NCBI GenBank assembly: GCA_963666485.2
Contig: CAXXUO010000002.1
Span: forward strand, 384,001-448,000
Origin: Syntrophorhabdaceae bacterium
GTDB taxonomy: Bacteria > Desulfobacterota > Syntrophorhabdia > Syntrophorhabdales > Syntrophorhabdaceae
Direction of reading: 5' to 3'
Length of the DNA stretch: 64,000 bases
Numbering within the stretch: position 1 is the stretch's first letter; each line of letters opens with the position of its first letter. Shown here piece by piece: positions 63,125-64,000 of the stretch. A program made the position numbers and the translations under genes. The notes under the pieces are model-generated. The model was not told the origin of the DNA. It made no database searches and was given only the letters and a program-made list of their open reading frames with translations.

Positions 63125-63469
63125 TCAGCCGATCATATCGAGCAATGTCCCGATCATCTCGTCCTGTGTTTTCAGGGCTTTGATGTTTGCCTCATATCCA
63201 CGCTGCGATAGGGACATTTCCGGGATCTCCCGCGCAAGGTCGACGTTGGACAACTCGCGTTGAGAGCCGTCGCTTTCCTCGATGATGGGGCCGGGCGTCT
63301 CGACCGTCTTCGTGTTCAGCCGGGGCAGGCCGTTCTTATCTTCCACAATGGTAGCTCTCGTCTCCTTGAATGCATCCGTGTTGACGTTTGCGACATTGTG
63401 AGCGGACACCGAAAGCTTGCGGCTAAATGCGGCCAGGGCCGATAGCGATGAACTGATTCCTGAGATCAT
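63125..63469 (-). CDS. Short flagellar basal-body rod/hook-like protein (N- and C-terminal motifs only)
   Basis: AHNVANVNTDAFK; SNVDLAREI...YEANIKALKTQDEMIG. Confidence 0.85.
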   Translation of the reverse strand: MISGISSSLSALAAFSRKLSVSAHNVANVNTDAFKETRATIVEDKNGLPRLNTKTVETPGPIIEESDGSQRELSNVDLAREIPEMSLSQRGYEANIKALKTQDEMIGTLLDMIG

Positions 63470-63543
63470 GCTTACATTATCGGAAAAAGCAAAAAGTCCT
63501 TAAGGAGAATCGTGACTTTTTTTTTGATTTTCGTAAGAAAGTT

Positions 63544-63621
63544 CCTTTCGCCTTTCGCCTTTCGCCTTTCGCCTTTTGCCTTTCGCCTTTCGCCTTGAAC
63601 CTTGAACCTTGAACCTTGAAC
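63544..63621. repeat. Heptamer tract switching in register from CCTTTCG to CCTTGAA
   Basis: Read directly. Confidence 0.95.
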
Positions 63622-63654
63622 AACAGCATATCATTCTGTATACTGTCCTTACGC

Positions 63655-64000
63655 ATGAAAAAGCTCATCGTTATCCCTGCGCGCTATGAATCGACGCGGC
63701 TTCCCGGGAAGCCGCTTCTCGAGATATCCGGAAAATCGCTTATCCAGCTTGTGTATGAGAGGGCCAGTGAGTCTCGCCTCAAGGATAGTATTATCATTGC
63801 AACGGATGATGACCGGATAATGGATGCGGCCGGATCTTTCGGCGCAGAGGCCATTATGACAAGCTCATCGTGCAAAAGCGGCACGGACAGGGTATTCGAG
63901 GCTGCAAAAGACAGGGGCGCCGACCTGATAATAAATCTTCAGGGTGATGAGCCCTTCATACGTCCTGATATGATAGACCTTCTCTTCTCGGTCATGGAGA
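63655..64000 (+). CDS. kdsB: 3-deoxy-manno-octulosonate cytidylyltransferase (partial)
   Basis: MKKLIVIPARYESTRLPGKPL...ATDD...SGTDR...NLQGDEP; not in ORF track. Confidence 0.93.
   Translation, partial: MKKLIVIPARYESTRLPGKPLLEISGKSLIQLVYERASESRLKDSIIIATDDDRIMDAAGSFGAEAIMTSSSCKSGTDRVFEAAKDRGADLIINLQGDEPFIRPDMIDLLFSVME

Overview
A 64-kb stretch of bacterial chromosome. Gene content and order (hcp, dxs-tlyA-DUF4416-yicC-gmk-rpoZ, ilvBNC-psd-pssA, secA-argJ) suggest an anaerobic deltaproteobacterium (Desulfobacterota-type); this is inference. It contains: (1) a complete Tad/Flp pilus locus with a 54-aa Flp pilin missed by the ORF track, preceded by a sigma54 promoter and paired enhancer-like boxes; (2) an adjacent partner-switching cluster (STAS, RsbW-like kinase, MBL hydrolase, Cache-HAMP-SpoIIE phosphatase, NMT1/THI5-type binding protein); (3) accessory metabolic genes; (4) housekeeping operons (xseB-ispA-dxs to rpoZ, hcp, a DnaJ-class chaperone and groESL, an L-Ara4N arn cluster, ilv, psd/pssA, secA, argJ, kdsB). 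I recognised no rRNA, tRNA, CRISPR array, transposase or integrase. The most unusual signal is non-coding. About 20 tracts of 7-nt tandem repeats switch unit sequence in register, sit at gene 3' ends and often supply the stop codon. Several occur as inverted pairs. At five loci they combine with a CGTC-tagged REP hairpin into an oriented 'stop - heptamer tract - REP hairpin - U-tract' module.
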